The notes below the pieces were generated by a model. That model was not told the origin of the DNA, did no database searches, and saw only the letters and a list, made by a program, of their open reading frames with translations. Made by a program: the position numbers and the translations under genes. Below, one piece after another: positions 47,745 to 59,444 of a stretch of DNA of 64,000 bases. Source of the DNA: Lama guanicoe. Taxonomy: Eukaryota. The stretch spans positions 2,556,524 through 2,620,523 of the forward strand of contig MU053873.1 of NCBI GenBank assembly GCA_013239625.1. Direction: 5' to 3'. Numbering within the stretch: position 1 is the first letter of the stretch; each line of letters begins with the position of its first letter.

Positions 47745-48098
47745 CAATGAGAAACCTCCTGGGAGGATTCTGGAAAAGGTTTCCTCTCTCTTTAAAAGGA
47801 GTCTATGAAGTGGAAGTTTCTCTGCCTGCTTTGGATGCTGTTGTGTGAGGTGGAACTGCAGCAGCCATTTTGTGACCATGAAGAAATAATATTGGGGACA
47901 AAAATCTACACTCTGAGGAAAGCAGAGTGAATAAATGGAAAGAACTTGGGTCTTTGATGATGTCATTGAGCTTCTGAATCAACCAACCCTGGAGCCACCC
48001 AGCTTCTGGACTTCTTGTTACACAAGGTAGTAAACTGTCCTTATTGTTTACTGCTTCAGGCCTTCAGACACTGGCCACCTAAGTCATCCTAGTAGACA
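47745..48098 (+). mobile_element. MaLR LTR, MLT1J-like
   Basis: ggaactgcagcagccattttgtgaccatga...ttgggtctttgatgatgtcattgagc...tctggacttcttgtta. Confidence 0.75.
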
Positions 48099-48149
48099 GA
48101 GCCCTCGTGCCTCTACTCCATCCCACTCCACGCTCTTCTACTTAAAGCA

Positions 48150-48585
48150 AACTCTTACTTCAGGCTTCAGTGTAAGCATCCGTCTCTCCAGGTTTCCTAA
48201 ATCCCCACCCAGCTCACACTCTCAAAAAACCATATCCCTTTTTCTCACAGAGGTCCACCCCAGTTTGTAATGAGTCACTCATTGGTGTGATTCTTTTATT
48301 TATCTCTTCATCCTCCACTTATTCCATGAGGGCAAAGAGCACAGTGTTTGGGCCCCATTTGAATCATCCATGATGAGGGCAGTGCTGTCCATAGTTGGCC
48401 CTCAATGTTTGTTGAATGAATAAAGTCATTCACGTGTGCTTGCCCATCCCTTCATTCTTTTAGTCCAAAACAGTCATCCAGTATGTTTCAGGAGGCCAGG
48501 AATCTTTGTTGTGTTCACTGTTGCATCCCAAAAGCCTGGAATGGATAAGCACTCAAGCATCTGTTTGAACTGGTAAATGGACTGA
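48150..48585 (+). mobile_element. L2 3' fragments
   Basis: ccctcaatgtttgttgaatgaataaa; gtgttcactgttgcatccc...taagcactcaagcatctgtttgaa. Confidence 0.6.
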
Positions 48586-50534
48586 ACTTCCTGTATGGGC
48601 CAGGGGTCAGCCTTACCGGTGCATCTGTAAGAAAAGCAAACCAGGGGAAGTTGCAAGGATGAGAGAGGTAGAAACACTGCAACAAGGCTGCATTTCTACA
48701 TTCTAGCCCGGCAATGACATGGTCAGCATTCCGCTGGAGAAAAACAAACTGAAAGCAATACCCAACATTGACTGATGTCACCGTTAACCCCGATTCCTGG
48801 GCTCTAAGCCCCTTGAGGGCAGGAATGGCTTTCGAGACGTGTCTGTCCGGGTGGAAGGGACTTGGGTCCTGCAGGGGGCTGGGTTCCCACCGCTCCTCAC
48901 ACCAGATGGCTCTCCTGGGCCCTGCATCTATCATGGCAAGATGGTCTTGGAGGAAACAGAAGCGACGCTTGAGAGATGGATGTCAACTGCAAACGGGCTG
49001 TGATGATCATGTGTCTCCATTTTCCCCTTAATATACTTGATGAATAAACTTAATTACACGGAAAATTGCTGCCATTGAAGAATGGGGCGCATGTGGCATT
49101 TTCGCGTTGCCGAGGGCTTCCTTGCTCTCCCAACGGTCCAAAGGGGAAGAACCTAAGTCACCATCACGGATTCCAGGGTTGGCCTTCATGAAAAAGCCGG
49201 GATCAAGCAGAGGCAGAACCAGCTCCATAGAATGTTGGCTCTCAGAAGACCCAGAGTGTTCATTTCACCAGACCACCCATTCTACAGACAGGGATAACTG
49301 AGTCCCAGAGAAATGGATGTGACGACTCAAATCAGGGCCAGTCTCTTCCTTCTCCAAGTCCTCTAGGTTGCTCTGATCCAAAAGACACACAAGTCAAATT
49401 CCTCTTGGTTTCAATCTCTTCCAAAGTAGGCATTTGGGAAACTGACCCACGTCAAGGACCTGTTCCCGAATCGGCGAAATTCTGAGCATGGTGCCAGACC
49501 AGAACGAGCACTCAACAGAAATTAGCTGTCATTTGTATTGTTTTGTTGTTATTGTCATTACAAATTGTATAAAATTAGTTCCTCCAAAATGGATGAGAGG
49601 CAAAAAGTCAGGACCCGGGAGGCAGGAAATCCAGATGCTGGTATAGCCTCTGATATCAACAAGTTATGTGCAACTTAGCAAAGCCACGCCCACCTCTGAG
49701 CCTCAGTCTCCTGTCCTGTAAAACGAACAGAATCATCTTTTCTGTTAACCATCAGCAGACCATTGGAGGCTCTGGTTAACTAATAGTGTCTGAGCTGCAC
49801 AGGCTTGTCAGAGACTGTGTCAGAGTTGTAACGGGAGACTTCCACACTGTTTGAGCAAGTGTCCTGTGGTCTTCCAGACCCTGGCAAGATGAAGACAAGC
49901 TTGCCTGAAGCCAGGCAGCAGGGGTGGGATGGCGGGGAGGGAATAATAACAGCCGATGTCTGTGCACAACCGTCATCATTATTCAGTAGACATCTACTCT
50001 GGGGCCGTGATGCGCCAAGAGAAGGGCACAAAGATGAGAAGACGTGGGTTTTGCCCTCAAGGAGCACACAGTCTAGTAGAAGAGACAGACGCAGCATCAG
50101 TCAATTAGTGTGGTGACTGAAAAACAGCCAAAAGTAGCTGCAAAGCACAAGGTGCAATCAAGGAGGACCCTCTGGAGGAGTGTGCGTTTCAATGAATCAT
50201 GTGCTCATTCCTGCAAGCCCGTATGCAGTGTGTCTAAAGGGACGAAAATCCAGAGGTGAATAAAACACACGTGGTCCTGCTCTCACTGACCCTACAATCT
50301 ACAAAATGAGAGTTGTCCGGGCCAACAACAGGCAGTGGAAAGGCCACCTGGAGCAGAGGGAACAGCACAGGCAAAGGCATCGAGGTGTGGAACAATTTGG
50401 CATTACTTATTAGAGCACAAACAGGAGATGAGGCTAGGCAGGAAACCTCTCTTATTTAGCAGGTTGCCAAGCAGCAGAAATACCAAATCCCTCCTTGTGT
50501 ACCGCCTACAAATCTTCTCTCAGAAGTGCACTGT

Positions 50535-50972
50535 GCAACAGATAAATGGATAAACAAATCATTCTGTCCATGCGATGGAATATTATTCAGCCATAGAAAA
50601 GGAGCAAAGTATTGACACATATCATAATGTGGTTAAACCCTGAGACACTATACTAAGTGAAATAAGCCAGACGCAAAAGACAAATACTGCAATGCTTCCA
50701 CTCATATGAGGTACCTAGAATAGGCAAATTCACTGAGACAGGAAGGAGAACGGAGGTTACCAGGGGCTGGAGGAGGCAATGGGAGTTATTGTTTAATGGG
50801 TACAGAGTTTCTGTTTGGGATGATGAAAAAGTTCTGGAAATGGACAGTGGTGATGGCTGTACAACACTGTGAAAAATGTCCTTAATGCCACTGAAATATA
50901 CACGTAGAAATGGTTAAAATGGTAAATGTTATTTATGTTCTATTTTTCCACAACAAAAAGAACTTTAAAAAA
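50535..50972 (+). mobile_element. L1MB-type LINE-1 3' end
   Basis: gataaatggataaacaaa...ctaagtgaaataagccagac...gaggtacctagaataggcaaattc...ttttccacaacaaaaa. Confidence 0.9.
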
Positions 50973-51024
50973 ATGCACTAAGCTACTCTAAGCTACTTGC
51001 AAATGTTATAAATACTCAGAAGTT

Positions 51025-51300
51025 CATTAATTCCTTCATGCATTCATTTATTCCATAAATATTTATTAAGCAGCAACGACATACTAGACATGGTTCCAAG
51101 CGCTGAGGAAGCAGAGGCAAAAAAGACAGACAAAGACTCCTGCCAGCACAGAGGTGACAGGAACGCGGGGGCCAGACGGTAAACAAGTAAATGCATTAAT
51201 AAACCAGATAATTATAGATGCGATGAGCTACGAAGGATATGAACAGGGCAATGTGCTGGGGAGCGAGGGAGAGGGAGGTTTTCTAGTTAGGAAAGTGAGC
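51025..51300 (-). mobile_element. L2 3' fragment
   Basis: cattcatttattccataaatatttattaagc...aaaagacagacaaagactcctgcc. Confidence 0.7.
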
Positions 51301-51779
51301 TTTGGGCTGGGCTCCCTGCAGAGGTAGCAGGTCCCCTGAGGCCTACAGGAAGCAGTCATGCAAACAGCTAGGAGGACAGCAAATTGTAACAGACAACAGA
51401 CCCCTGCATATAATATGTTTCCCTGTCTCTCTCTCTCCCACCCTACCCAGTTCTTCCTGATCCCGGCCTCACTCTGGGAGGGTACCAGGGCCTGGGGATG
51501 GATACAGACACAGCTAGGACTCGGGACCCTTGCCTAAGCATCTTCCCCATCAGAAAGTACTTCCCCGAGTCTAACTCTGCTCTCTCCTGCTGCAGGCACT
51601 TCTTTTGGCTTTTCAGGGAGATGGAGATCCTTCTTAGGAAGTGGCCCTCACGCTGACCCTCCCAGCCACCACATCCCCTACAATCTCTAACAGCGTCACC
51701 TGAGACCCACGGTAGGAGAAAGAAAGCCGGCTGCCAAGCAGCTGTGGCTGGTGAGATGTCCCAGCAAGCCGGGAGCTGC

Positions 51780-51935
51780 GGCTCGTTAACCGTCATATAA
51801 TTAAGTCCCAGGCTGGGGCCGGCGCATTAGTGCCTTTAGATCATCCAAAGACAGTGGTTCCCTTAATGAAAGGTTCTCTATTACAAAATTGGGCTTCCAT
51901 CCATCTCCATTATGGGGGGCAGTTTACCTGCTTAT
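51780..51935. promoter_or_regulatory. Candidate conserved enhancer
   Basis: ATATAATTAAG (51795), cattag, cttaatga, ctattac in unique CpG-retaining sequence. Confidence 0.45.
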
Positions 51936-52329
51936 ACACACACCACGCGCGCTCCCTGGCAGGGGGTGGCGGTGACACGAAGGTGCAGAATGGCTTTCCA
52001 GGCACCGGGACGCTGATGAACAGCCCATCCCTGCCGCCGAGGCAGACGGAACGGCCAATCCCCCCAGGGCCGGCTGTCTGCCAGCGTCTAGGGGATGATA
52101 GTAGACAGAGACTTCTTGGGATGGGGCAAATTCAGGGCAAGACTAGAAGGTTCCTGCCTCGGGGGATGGCTTCAGCCAGAGTGATCTGCAGGATGACTTC
52201 CAGTCCGACAACCGGGAGATGGGATTTCCAGTCCAGCCCGACGGGGAGACGTGCTAGGTGGGCCTGGGCTTCAGCTCTTTCAGTCATGCAACGAGGCGTC
52301 GGCGGCTCCTTGTTACTCACCTGACAGCA

Positions 52330-53130
52330 TCAGGACCAGCAGCTCCCGTTGATTCTACCTTCAAGATGCTACCAGGATCTGACCCTTCTCATCACCTCTA
52401 CCACGGATGACTCATTATCACCTTTGGTCGTCATCGTCCTCCCTGAACTTCTGGCTTCAACTCTTGCCCGCTTCTAGCCAGAGGAAATTATTTTTTTAAT
52501 TAACTGAGGTGAAATTCACATGAGCCCAGGTATTTGCCCCAAAAGACAGGTGCTCCAACAAATTCTTGTACACCAATGTTCACAGGAGCACCATCCACAA
52601 TAACCAAGAGGTTACTGTACCTTTTGGTCCACAGGACCAAACATCCATTGATGGATGAATGGTTAGACAAGATGCAGTCCATCCATTCAACAGAATAGTA
52701 CTCAGCCATAAAAAGGAGCCAAGTTGCAACAATGTGGGTGAACAGAGGGGCCTTTTTAAAAACAAATCATGTCCCTCCTCTGCATGGAACCCTCCACTGG
52801 TCTCTTCGAAGGCCGTCCAGACTCCGTGTGAGAGTCTGTGAGGTCTATGTCCCCATTTCCTCTCTGACTTTACTTCCACGCCTGCCCACCGTGGCGCACC
52901 GCACTCAGCTCTACCGGCCTCGGTCTGAGACGAGAACACACCAAGCTCGCTCCCCGCTCAGGGCCTTTGCTGCTGCTGTCCCTACACCCGGAATCCCCTT
53001 CCTCGGATGCACCCCTTCTCGTGTTTCACTCCAGAGGCACCTCCACAGAGAGGTAGCGCTGGACCACCCTATCGACCGCCCCCCCACACACCCACCATCC
53101 CTCGACCCTACTGGTTGCCTATTTCATGGT
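52330..53130 (+). mobile_element. L2 element split by a short L1
   Basis: ttctaccttcaagat...ccaggatctgacccttctc; resumes aatcatgtccctcctctg...cagggcctttgctgctgctgtccc. Confidence 0.7.
52491..52742. mobile_element. Short L1MB insertion with internal inversion
   Basis: 52491-52521 is an antisense L1 3' terminus (tttttttaattaactgaggtgaaattcacat); 52525-52742 is sense L1 ORF2-end/3'UTR (caccaatgttcac...gatggatgaatgg...ctcagccataaaaagga). Confidence 0.6.
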
Positions 53131-53489
53131 TTTCATGGTTGTTCTCAGGGCAGATAAAGTGGAAGCTTATCCTGAACCAGCCCTCACCTGGCCTCACCAG
53201 GGCAGCTCCCCCCAGTTTCTTCTGGGCACCTCCATAGCCACATGGTACACGGTCTGCTCACCCCTCCCCGATGCTCTCCTGGCCTTCCTTAGAAAGGCAA
53301 CCAAAACTCTAAAATTCTTAACATCTCCTGGTCCCAGGCAACACGGATGATGCCAAAAATATATATAAGACGCGGGCTTTCTAGTTCATATGTGCCAAAT
53401 GCAGTGGCCAAAAGCCGGTCAGAGATCAGAGCAGGGAGAAGGTTGACTGTGTAGACTGGGAGGACTCCAGCGGGAGACCGACTGGGTAA

Positions 53490-53760
53490 CATTGGGCAAA
53501 TGCATCATTTCCTGCTGTTATAACAATAAAACTCCCAGTCCTGTGAGATGCTCTGCGATGGAGAAAGAAAACCGTTTCAATCTAATAGGTCTGGGAAATT
53601 TGGACGAATTCCTTTTGGAGAGTCACAACGTATATCAGAAGTTCAAGTCACTGACAAGGCCTGCAGCAATGACATCCGTTGGAATCCTAGCTTTTGTCAT
53701 ATGGTTCAACGGTGGATCTGAGCTAAGGTAATTTTAGCCAGAAGTTTCTGTTGTTTTAAG
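53490..53760. promoter_or_regulatory. Candidate conserved non-coding element
   Basis: Unique block with AACAAT, TGACA/TGTCA sites, ggtaatttt. Confidence 0.3.
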
Positions 53761-54194
53761 CTGGAAGTCAAGAGGTCCCTTGTTTGTCTCCTCATGACTC
53801 CCAGCAAAGTAGAGGAGAGTGATGGGGACACCAGCACCTGTTGGGAATTTGTCACGTCTCCAACCCAGGACTGTGTACTCCACACAATCTGTCTCATTTG
53901 ATTTCCACAGTGATCCTATGAGGTGTGCGCTATGATGACCCCCGTTCTGCAGATGAGAAAACTGAGGTTAGAATGATTCACTCACGTCCATGTGTCTAGG
54001 GAAGTCACCTTTTCCAGGCTTTGAGCTCCAGCCCTTTGGCTCCACGCCACCACATCCTACTGCCCGGGAGCTTAGGTGTGCTTCGCATACCTTTTTCCTG
54101 CCCAGCCCCTCCTTTCCCCCCAATCTGCTCTCTGCTCCCCCACCATCACAGACCCCTTTGGGAACCAAGAAGTTAACCTCTCCCTCCTGTTTGC

Positions 54195-54310
54195 CCGGAC
54201 TCAAGTTCATTACGCTGACTAATTGCTTCAAAGTCAGCGATTCCACCATCGCTAATGGAAAACGTATCTGCAAGTAATAGATTAATTGGCCACTTGTGTG
54301 ATCAGCTCGG
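54195..54310. promoter_or_regulatory. Candidate enhancer (paired-type homeodomain/TCF)
   Basis: CTAATTG, CTTCAAAG, GCTAATGG and TAATAGATTAATTGG within about 110 bp. Confidence 0.5.
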
Positions 54311-54644
54311 AACCAGAGGACCACTGGGCATACTGGACCCACCTGACCAGTCCTGCTGGAACCAGGAACGTGAGCCAGAGGCTGGACTCAAGGGGACTTG
54401 GGGGGCATATGGAGTTTCACTGACCATCACCTTTAGAAAAGCCTGCCAGTCAGTTCTGCCCCTAAGGAGACACATTCTGCATCCTTCTCAAAACATTAAA
54501 ATGCAAATGTGTTAACTTGAAAAGAATGAAAATCTTATCAGCATAATGAGCCACCAAATATCAGAACACCAACACACCGGCTTCCCCAGAACCAGGGAGG
54601 AGAGGAGCTTTCCTCAGAAGGTTTAAAGTCATTAGTTATAAAGC

Positions 54645-54870
54645 AATAATAACCCGTTTGCATACTAGCTGGGTGCCATCACTGCCTTGTCTCACTGAAT
54701 CCCAGCAACAGCTCATGAGTTAGATGCTATCATTACTCCATTTTACAGAAGGGAAACGGGGCTCAGAGAGACGCAGCAACCTGCCCAAGGTCACACAGCA
54801 GGGAGGTAAAAGAAGTGGCCTGGGGGAAACCGAAGGTCTGAGTGACCCCCACACCAGATCTTTTAGCCTC
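54645..54870 (-). mobile_element. MIR SINE
   Basis: ccattttacagaagggaaacggggctcagagag...gcccaaggtcacacagc. Confidence 0.8.
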
Positions 54871-54875
54871 TGTTC

Positions 54876-55073
54876 CAAGGTCAGCAAATGAAAGGCCTGC
54901 ATGGGCTGAATCCCGGCCCAAGGCTTGTGTCTGTAAATAAAGTTTTATTGGTGCACAGCCACATCCACTTATTTACATATTATCTTCCCACCACAACAGC
55001 TGAAGAAGTAGTTACAACAAAGTTTGAAATATTTACTATCAGCCCCTTTGCAGAAAAAGTTTGCCAACAGCTG
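54876..55073 (-). mobile_element. MER58A-like MITE
   Basis: tgtaaataaagttttattggtgcacagccacatcc...aaatatttactatcagcccctttgcagaaaaagtttgccaac. Confidence 0.8.
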
Positions 55074-57479
55074 CCAGACCAAGTGACCCTTCCCAGCAGG
55101 TGGGACTTGCAGCTGATGGAAGTGAGGGTTAGTAAGATGGGAGCAGGGGCTGGCGTGAACCTGGAGATGTCAAGGAAAACCAGTCTCCAGGATTTGCTGA
55201 TGGTCCCTGGACTATAAGGAAGGTCTCTGTGAGTCTGGAAGCAGAGAGGGGAGCTTAAAATTGGGGAGAACCAGAGGCAAATGAAAAAGTGCTTAACAGG
55301 CACATAGTAGGCACTCAACAGACATCTGGGAGAGGAAGGAAGAACACAGTTGGAGTCCGAGAGGTCAAACCACCCCCTGCCTCCTTGCTCCCCAGCTGGG
55401 GATGGGCGGGTTTTACAGGCTGCAGTCGTTGGAGGCTGTAAAAACACGAGGGCTTTTTTCCTTTAAGTCTCCCCTGTAAGTCACCAAGCAGCATTTCCCT
55501 GATCGATTGGCTCTTCTCCTTGTAGGAGCCCTCCCCAGGGAACTGTTTGCCGAAAGGAATCGGCCAGTGTGCATTTAGTCACCTCTATCTGACCCAGGAG
55601 ATAAATTTCTCTTAGTTTGGTTTTTCCACCAGGAGGGGGGATCCTGGGAGGCCCACTCCGCACCCGGCCAATGTCAGAGACCTCGCTAATTCACAGGCTG
55701 ATTATTCCAAATGGGAGCTGATAGGAAGGCGGAGGGCGGGAGAGGGCTGAGGTTCCCTGGGAAAAGCGGGTTTCTCTAAGAAAAGGAACAGGGTTTGTAA
55801 AGGCGTGATGGCAAAGGTGCATTTGAGCTGCCTCAAAGCATCAAGCCTCCCTCTGAGGATTCAGTGGGCCACTAGTCGGGGCACCATGGGCAGGGAAAAG
55901 GCAGGTCCTCTCTGTGAGAGGGACGTCAAACTGGACAGAGAAGGGGTGCATATGCATGGTGTATCCTGGAGGCCACGTGTTTGGGTCGAAAACCCTGGGT
56001 TTCCATCCCAGCAGCAGGATCCTGGGTGAACTGCTTCCATTCTGAGCCTCAGTTTCTTCCTCTGTGATACGGACATAATCAAGCCGACCTCACAGCTCCT
56101 AACCTCCTAAAATGGTCTTGCGAATTCAATGACCTTCTTCTGCATTTAAGGAAAGGGCTTAGCACATGGCAAGTCTCAGTAAAGGTCCTACCCTATTATT
56201 ATTGTTGTCATTATTTGGCTGATGCAGAAAAGCGTACACTTTGATGCATACACCTACCCTGCTAGACCCCCTCCCACCAAGGCACATGGTTGGTTGAGCC
56301 CACTGTCCTCAGCTTCTGCATCCCCTAGAGAAAGCTGTCCCGCTGGTGGTTTGACCTTTCCAGAAGAAACCACTGGCTTCCCTACAGATGTACATTCTGT
56401 GCCCAGAGGTCCTGAACCCCTTCATTAATAAATTTCCTTCCCCACATTCAAAGACTCCTCTTTTCGGGCTCAGGGCAGATCCTTTGAGATGCTGTGAAGT
56501 CAGCCCTTCTGAGAAGGATTACGCTCCTCAATCTGCCCCACCCCTGGGGGACAACGGGTAGGTGGCAACGCTTGACCCAAAGAAGCCATCACAAGGAGAC
56601 AGTGCAGGCACTACAGTCTTGGTGAGGAGGGTTTGTTTTTTTGTTTTTTGTTTGGAGCGGGCTGGGGCCTCTGACCTCCACTCCAGCATAGCAATGAGGG
56701 CCCGGCATCAGACAGACCACCTTTCCAATCCCAGGTCTATCACTTTCTAGCCCACCTGGTGGTTGAATCTCTGTAAGCCTCAGTTTCCTTGTCAGTAAAA
56801 TGGAGACACGAGTTCCATCAGCCACCTGGCTTGACCATGAGGTTAACAGAGGTAATACGTTACAAAACCCTGGACTCACAGGCTCGCACACTGTCCGTGC
56901 CCTGTAAAGCATAGATATCGGCATGAACCAAGACCTTCTGACTGCAGGTCCAATGCCATGACTTTTAACCCCAGTTTGGCCACAAGCCAACTGATGACCT
57001 TGGGCAAGTGCTTCCTGGCCTCAGTTAACCCCTTCTGCTCTCCGAAGGCTCCCTTCCCGCTGGGAGTCCACTAGGCTACCAGTGCGTTTTCGCTCCTGAA
57101 TCTCTACAAACCTCCGTCCGAATAGGAGGGCTGCCTATTCACGAGGTCTGTTTTCCAGGAGCAAAAATGAGCGGTTTTTCCAAGCCAGGGTTCACCCCAT
57201 GTCCTCTGCTTCTTTGAAACACATACACACACACACACACCCCCTGGCAGAAGAGCCTTCTCCCGCTGCCTTCATCCTTCCCTGCCCCCATCACATGTTC
57301 ATCCAGAAGTCCTTGTCAGAATATCCCCCCCGGGACCAGCAGGTGGGAAATGTCATTTTGGATCCATTACTAGAGCTCGAAGGTGCTTAGAGATGATCAA
57401 CACCAATTCCGACTCCCATCCAGGGAGGCGGGGCAGCCGGGAGCAGCCGGCTCTCTGGCCAGGGGACCAGTGTCGGCCA

Positions 57480-57725
57480 CCCCAAGTTGCCAGGTACCAC
57501 CGCCCGGGGCGGGGGCGGGCAAAGCGGGCTGTCTGGGGGCCGGGGACCCCCGCCACTCCGTGTCCTCAGATTTCCCTGCCATGGCTGATTTGAATAATTT
57601 AGCAATGCCTGGTCTCCTGGGCACTATTGTCTTCAGTGAAGGCAAATCAGTCGCCTGCTCGGCCTGTTAAGAGGGCCCCTGCCTGCTGCCTTTTTCTGTA
57701 AATCAGGATTAATGAGATGGTGAGG
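57480..57725. promoter_or_regulatory. GC-box/CpG cluster next to a homeodomain/SOX-motif block; candidate enhancer or promoter
   Basis: GGGGCGGGGGCGGGC (57506-57520), then tgatttgaataatttag, ctattgtc, ggattaatga. Confidence 0.45.
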
Positions 57726-58429
57726 GGAAGCGCCGAGCCCTGGGCAGAGATGCTGGCAGCCAGCTCTCCTGGAGCAGCGGCTCCTGCCCCCATGTCCTCG
57801 GGCAGCCTTCTGTGGCATCATCAACCTGTCGATAACTAGCTCTCACCCAGCCTGCCAGAACTCGCCTCGGCCCTCCGCCAGCCCCCATGGCTCCAGGGGA
57901 AAGAGAAAGCAAGAGAGACAAAGCTGTCCGCAAGCAGGCTGTGCCCCTCGCCCCTAGCAGCCCAGCAGGCTAGGGTGGTGCCAGGGGCTGGGCTCCCTTC
58001 CCACTGGCTGCACCCAAAACACGAGGCATAAGAGAGATCCTCCCAGCCTGGGGCTGACAGACAGCTTGTTAGGCTCCCAGACGGCGAGTGCCCTGAGCCT
58101 GGCTTTTTGACAACTGTCACTCACACAGGGCACAGGGGACAATGCCCTCGTGCCTCCCACTGGTGGCACCCTCCTCCCCCTCCTCCTGCCTTGTGGTAAA
58201 CCGGTGAGCTCTGGTTACCCCACTTATAGACTGTGTGACCTTGGACAAGTCACTTGGCCTCTCTGGGCCTCAACTGCCTCATCTGGAAAGTGGAGATAAA
58301 AACATTCACACAGGTTGTCAAGAGGATTCCAAGGTACATAGGCTTGTAAATCCTTACCACCGGCCATCGTCCAGCCCGCAATCATGTGTAATCATATTGT
58401 ATCTGTATCATTATCATTATTAACTCTAG

Positions 58430-58884
58430 AATCGTGCTACTCAAAGTATGGTCCATGGGCCGGGCCAGGTCGCAAAGTATTTGTCACCTATGCACAGTGA
58501 GGTATGTACAGGGAAGAGAGTAAATATTAAGAAACTTTGGTAGTAATTAGACAGCAATTTGATATGGATTGAATCTAATGATAAAAAAAAAAGCAGGGTC
58601 CTGGATTTTGTGCCTATTTTAATTTTTCATTTTATATTTATAAAATTCATTCTTTTTTTTTTTGGCAGGGGGAGGTAATTAAGTTTATTTATTTTTAGAG
58701 GAGGTACTGGGGACTGAACCCAGGACCTCGTGTATGTTATGCATGTGCTGTACCTCTTGAGCTATAACCGCCCCTCTATAAATTCATTCTTTACTGAACT
58801 TTACAGAAGTGTCGTTCTGCAATGGATTGGAAATTTTAAAAAAAAAATACTGGTCCTTCAGCACAGGTAGCTTGAGAAGCAGTG
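58430..58884. mobile_element. hAT-Charlie DNA transposon fragment (Charlie4-like), interrupted by a SINE
   Basis: gtgctactcaaagtatggtcc ... actggtccttcagcacaggtagcttgagaagcagtg with Charlie-type TIRs. Confidence 0.55.
58656..58776 (-). mobile_element. tRNA-derived SINE, camelid vic-1 type
   Basis: Minus strand gaggggcggttaTAGCTCAAGAGG...GGGTTCAGTCCccagtacctcc...aattacctccccctgcc-polyA with Pol III A and B boxes; TSD aaattcattcttt at 58643-58655 and 58780-58792. Confidence 0.85.
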
Positions 58885-59030
58885 CTCTCAACAAACTCAT
58901 CACACGAATCCCGGGAGGGCTTGTTAAAATCTAGATTCTGATTCCGCGGACCTAGGTGGCACCTGAAAGCCTGCATCTCTAACAAGGGCCCAGCGGATGC
59001 AGATGATGCTGGTCCAGACCCTGCACGGTG
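58880..59030. mobile_element. MER5A-like MITE
   Basis: gggagggcttgttaaaat...gattctgattc...ctgcatctctaacaag...gatgcagatgatgctggtcc. Confidence 0.75.
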
Positions 59031-59444
59031 GAGGGGAGCCTATGCTTTATCCCCTCCCTGACTCAGTCCCTCCAGTCCCTCCTACACCACAGATGCTGCC
59101 TCCTAGTCCTCCTGCGGCTAGGTGCTCACCAAGGCCTCCAGGCACGGAGGCTCCAGCTCAGACCCCACACTGACAGAGGCATTTGTCAGGAGTCTGGAGA
59201 GCAGCGGCAGCAGCCAACAACTAACAGGTGTTGAAACTGATACTATGCGCCAGGCTCCGTGTTCATAGCACTAGGATGCCCTTGCCCAGAACGCCAGCTG
59301 CAGCTCTTCTCTCTGCAAGTCCTTGAGACAATGCCTGTCAGTCCCCAGAATGATGCCAGGCAGTCAGCACTCAACCAATGGTAGCTGTTATCACTTTACT
59401 ATATGACTGCACTTCCTCCTCACAGCACCTTCTTAAGACAGGGG

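Noticed and set aside
27165..50870. Near-identical ~60-bp segments at about 27165 and 50805 (agagtttctgt.tgggatgatgaaaaagtt)
   Set aside because: Both are L1MB 3'UTR copies, so this is family homology, not a segmental duplication
58155..58172. CTCF-like CCACTGGTGGCAC
   Set aside because: Missing a core base (the A of the AG dinucleotide), so it does not fit the motif spacing
58700..58776. tRNA-like sequence with A and B boxes
   Set aside because: It is the head of a SINE (A tail, TSD, diverged stems), not a functional tRNA gene
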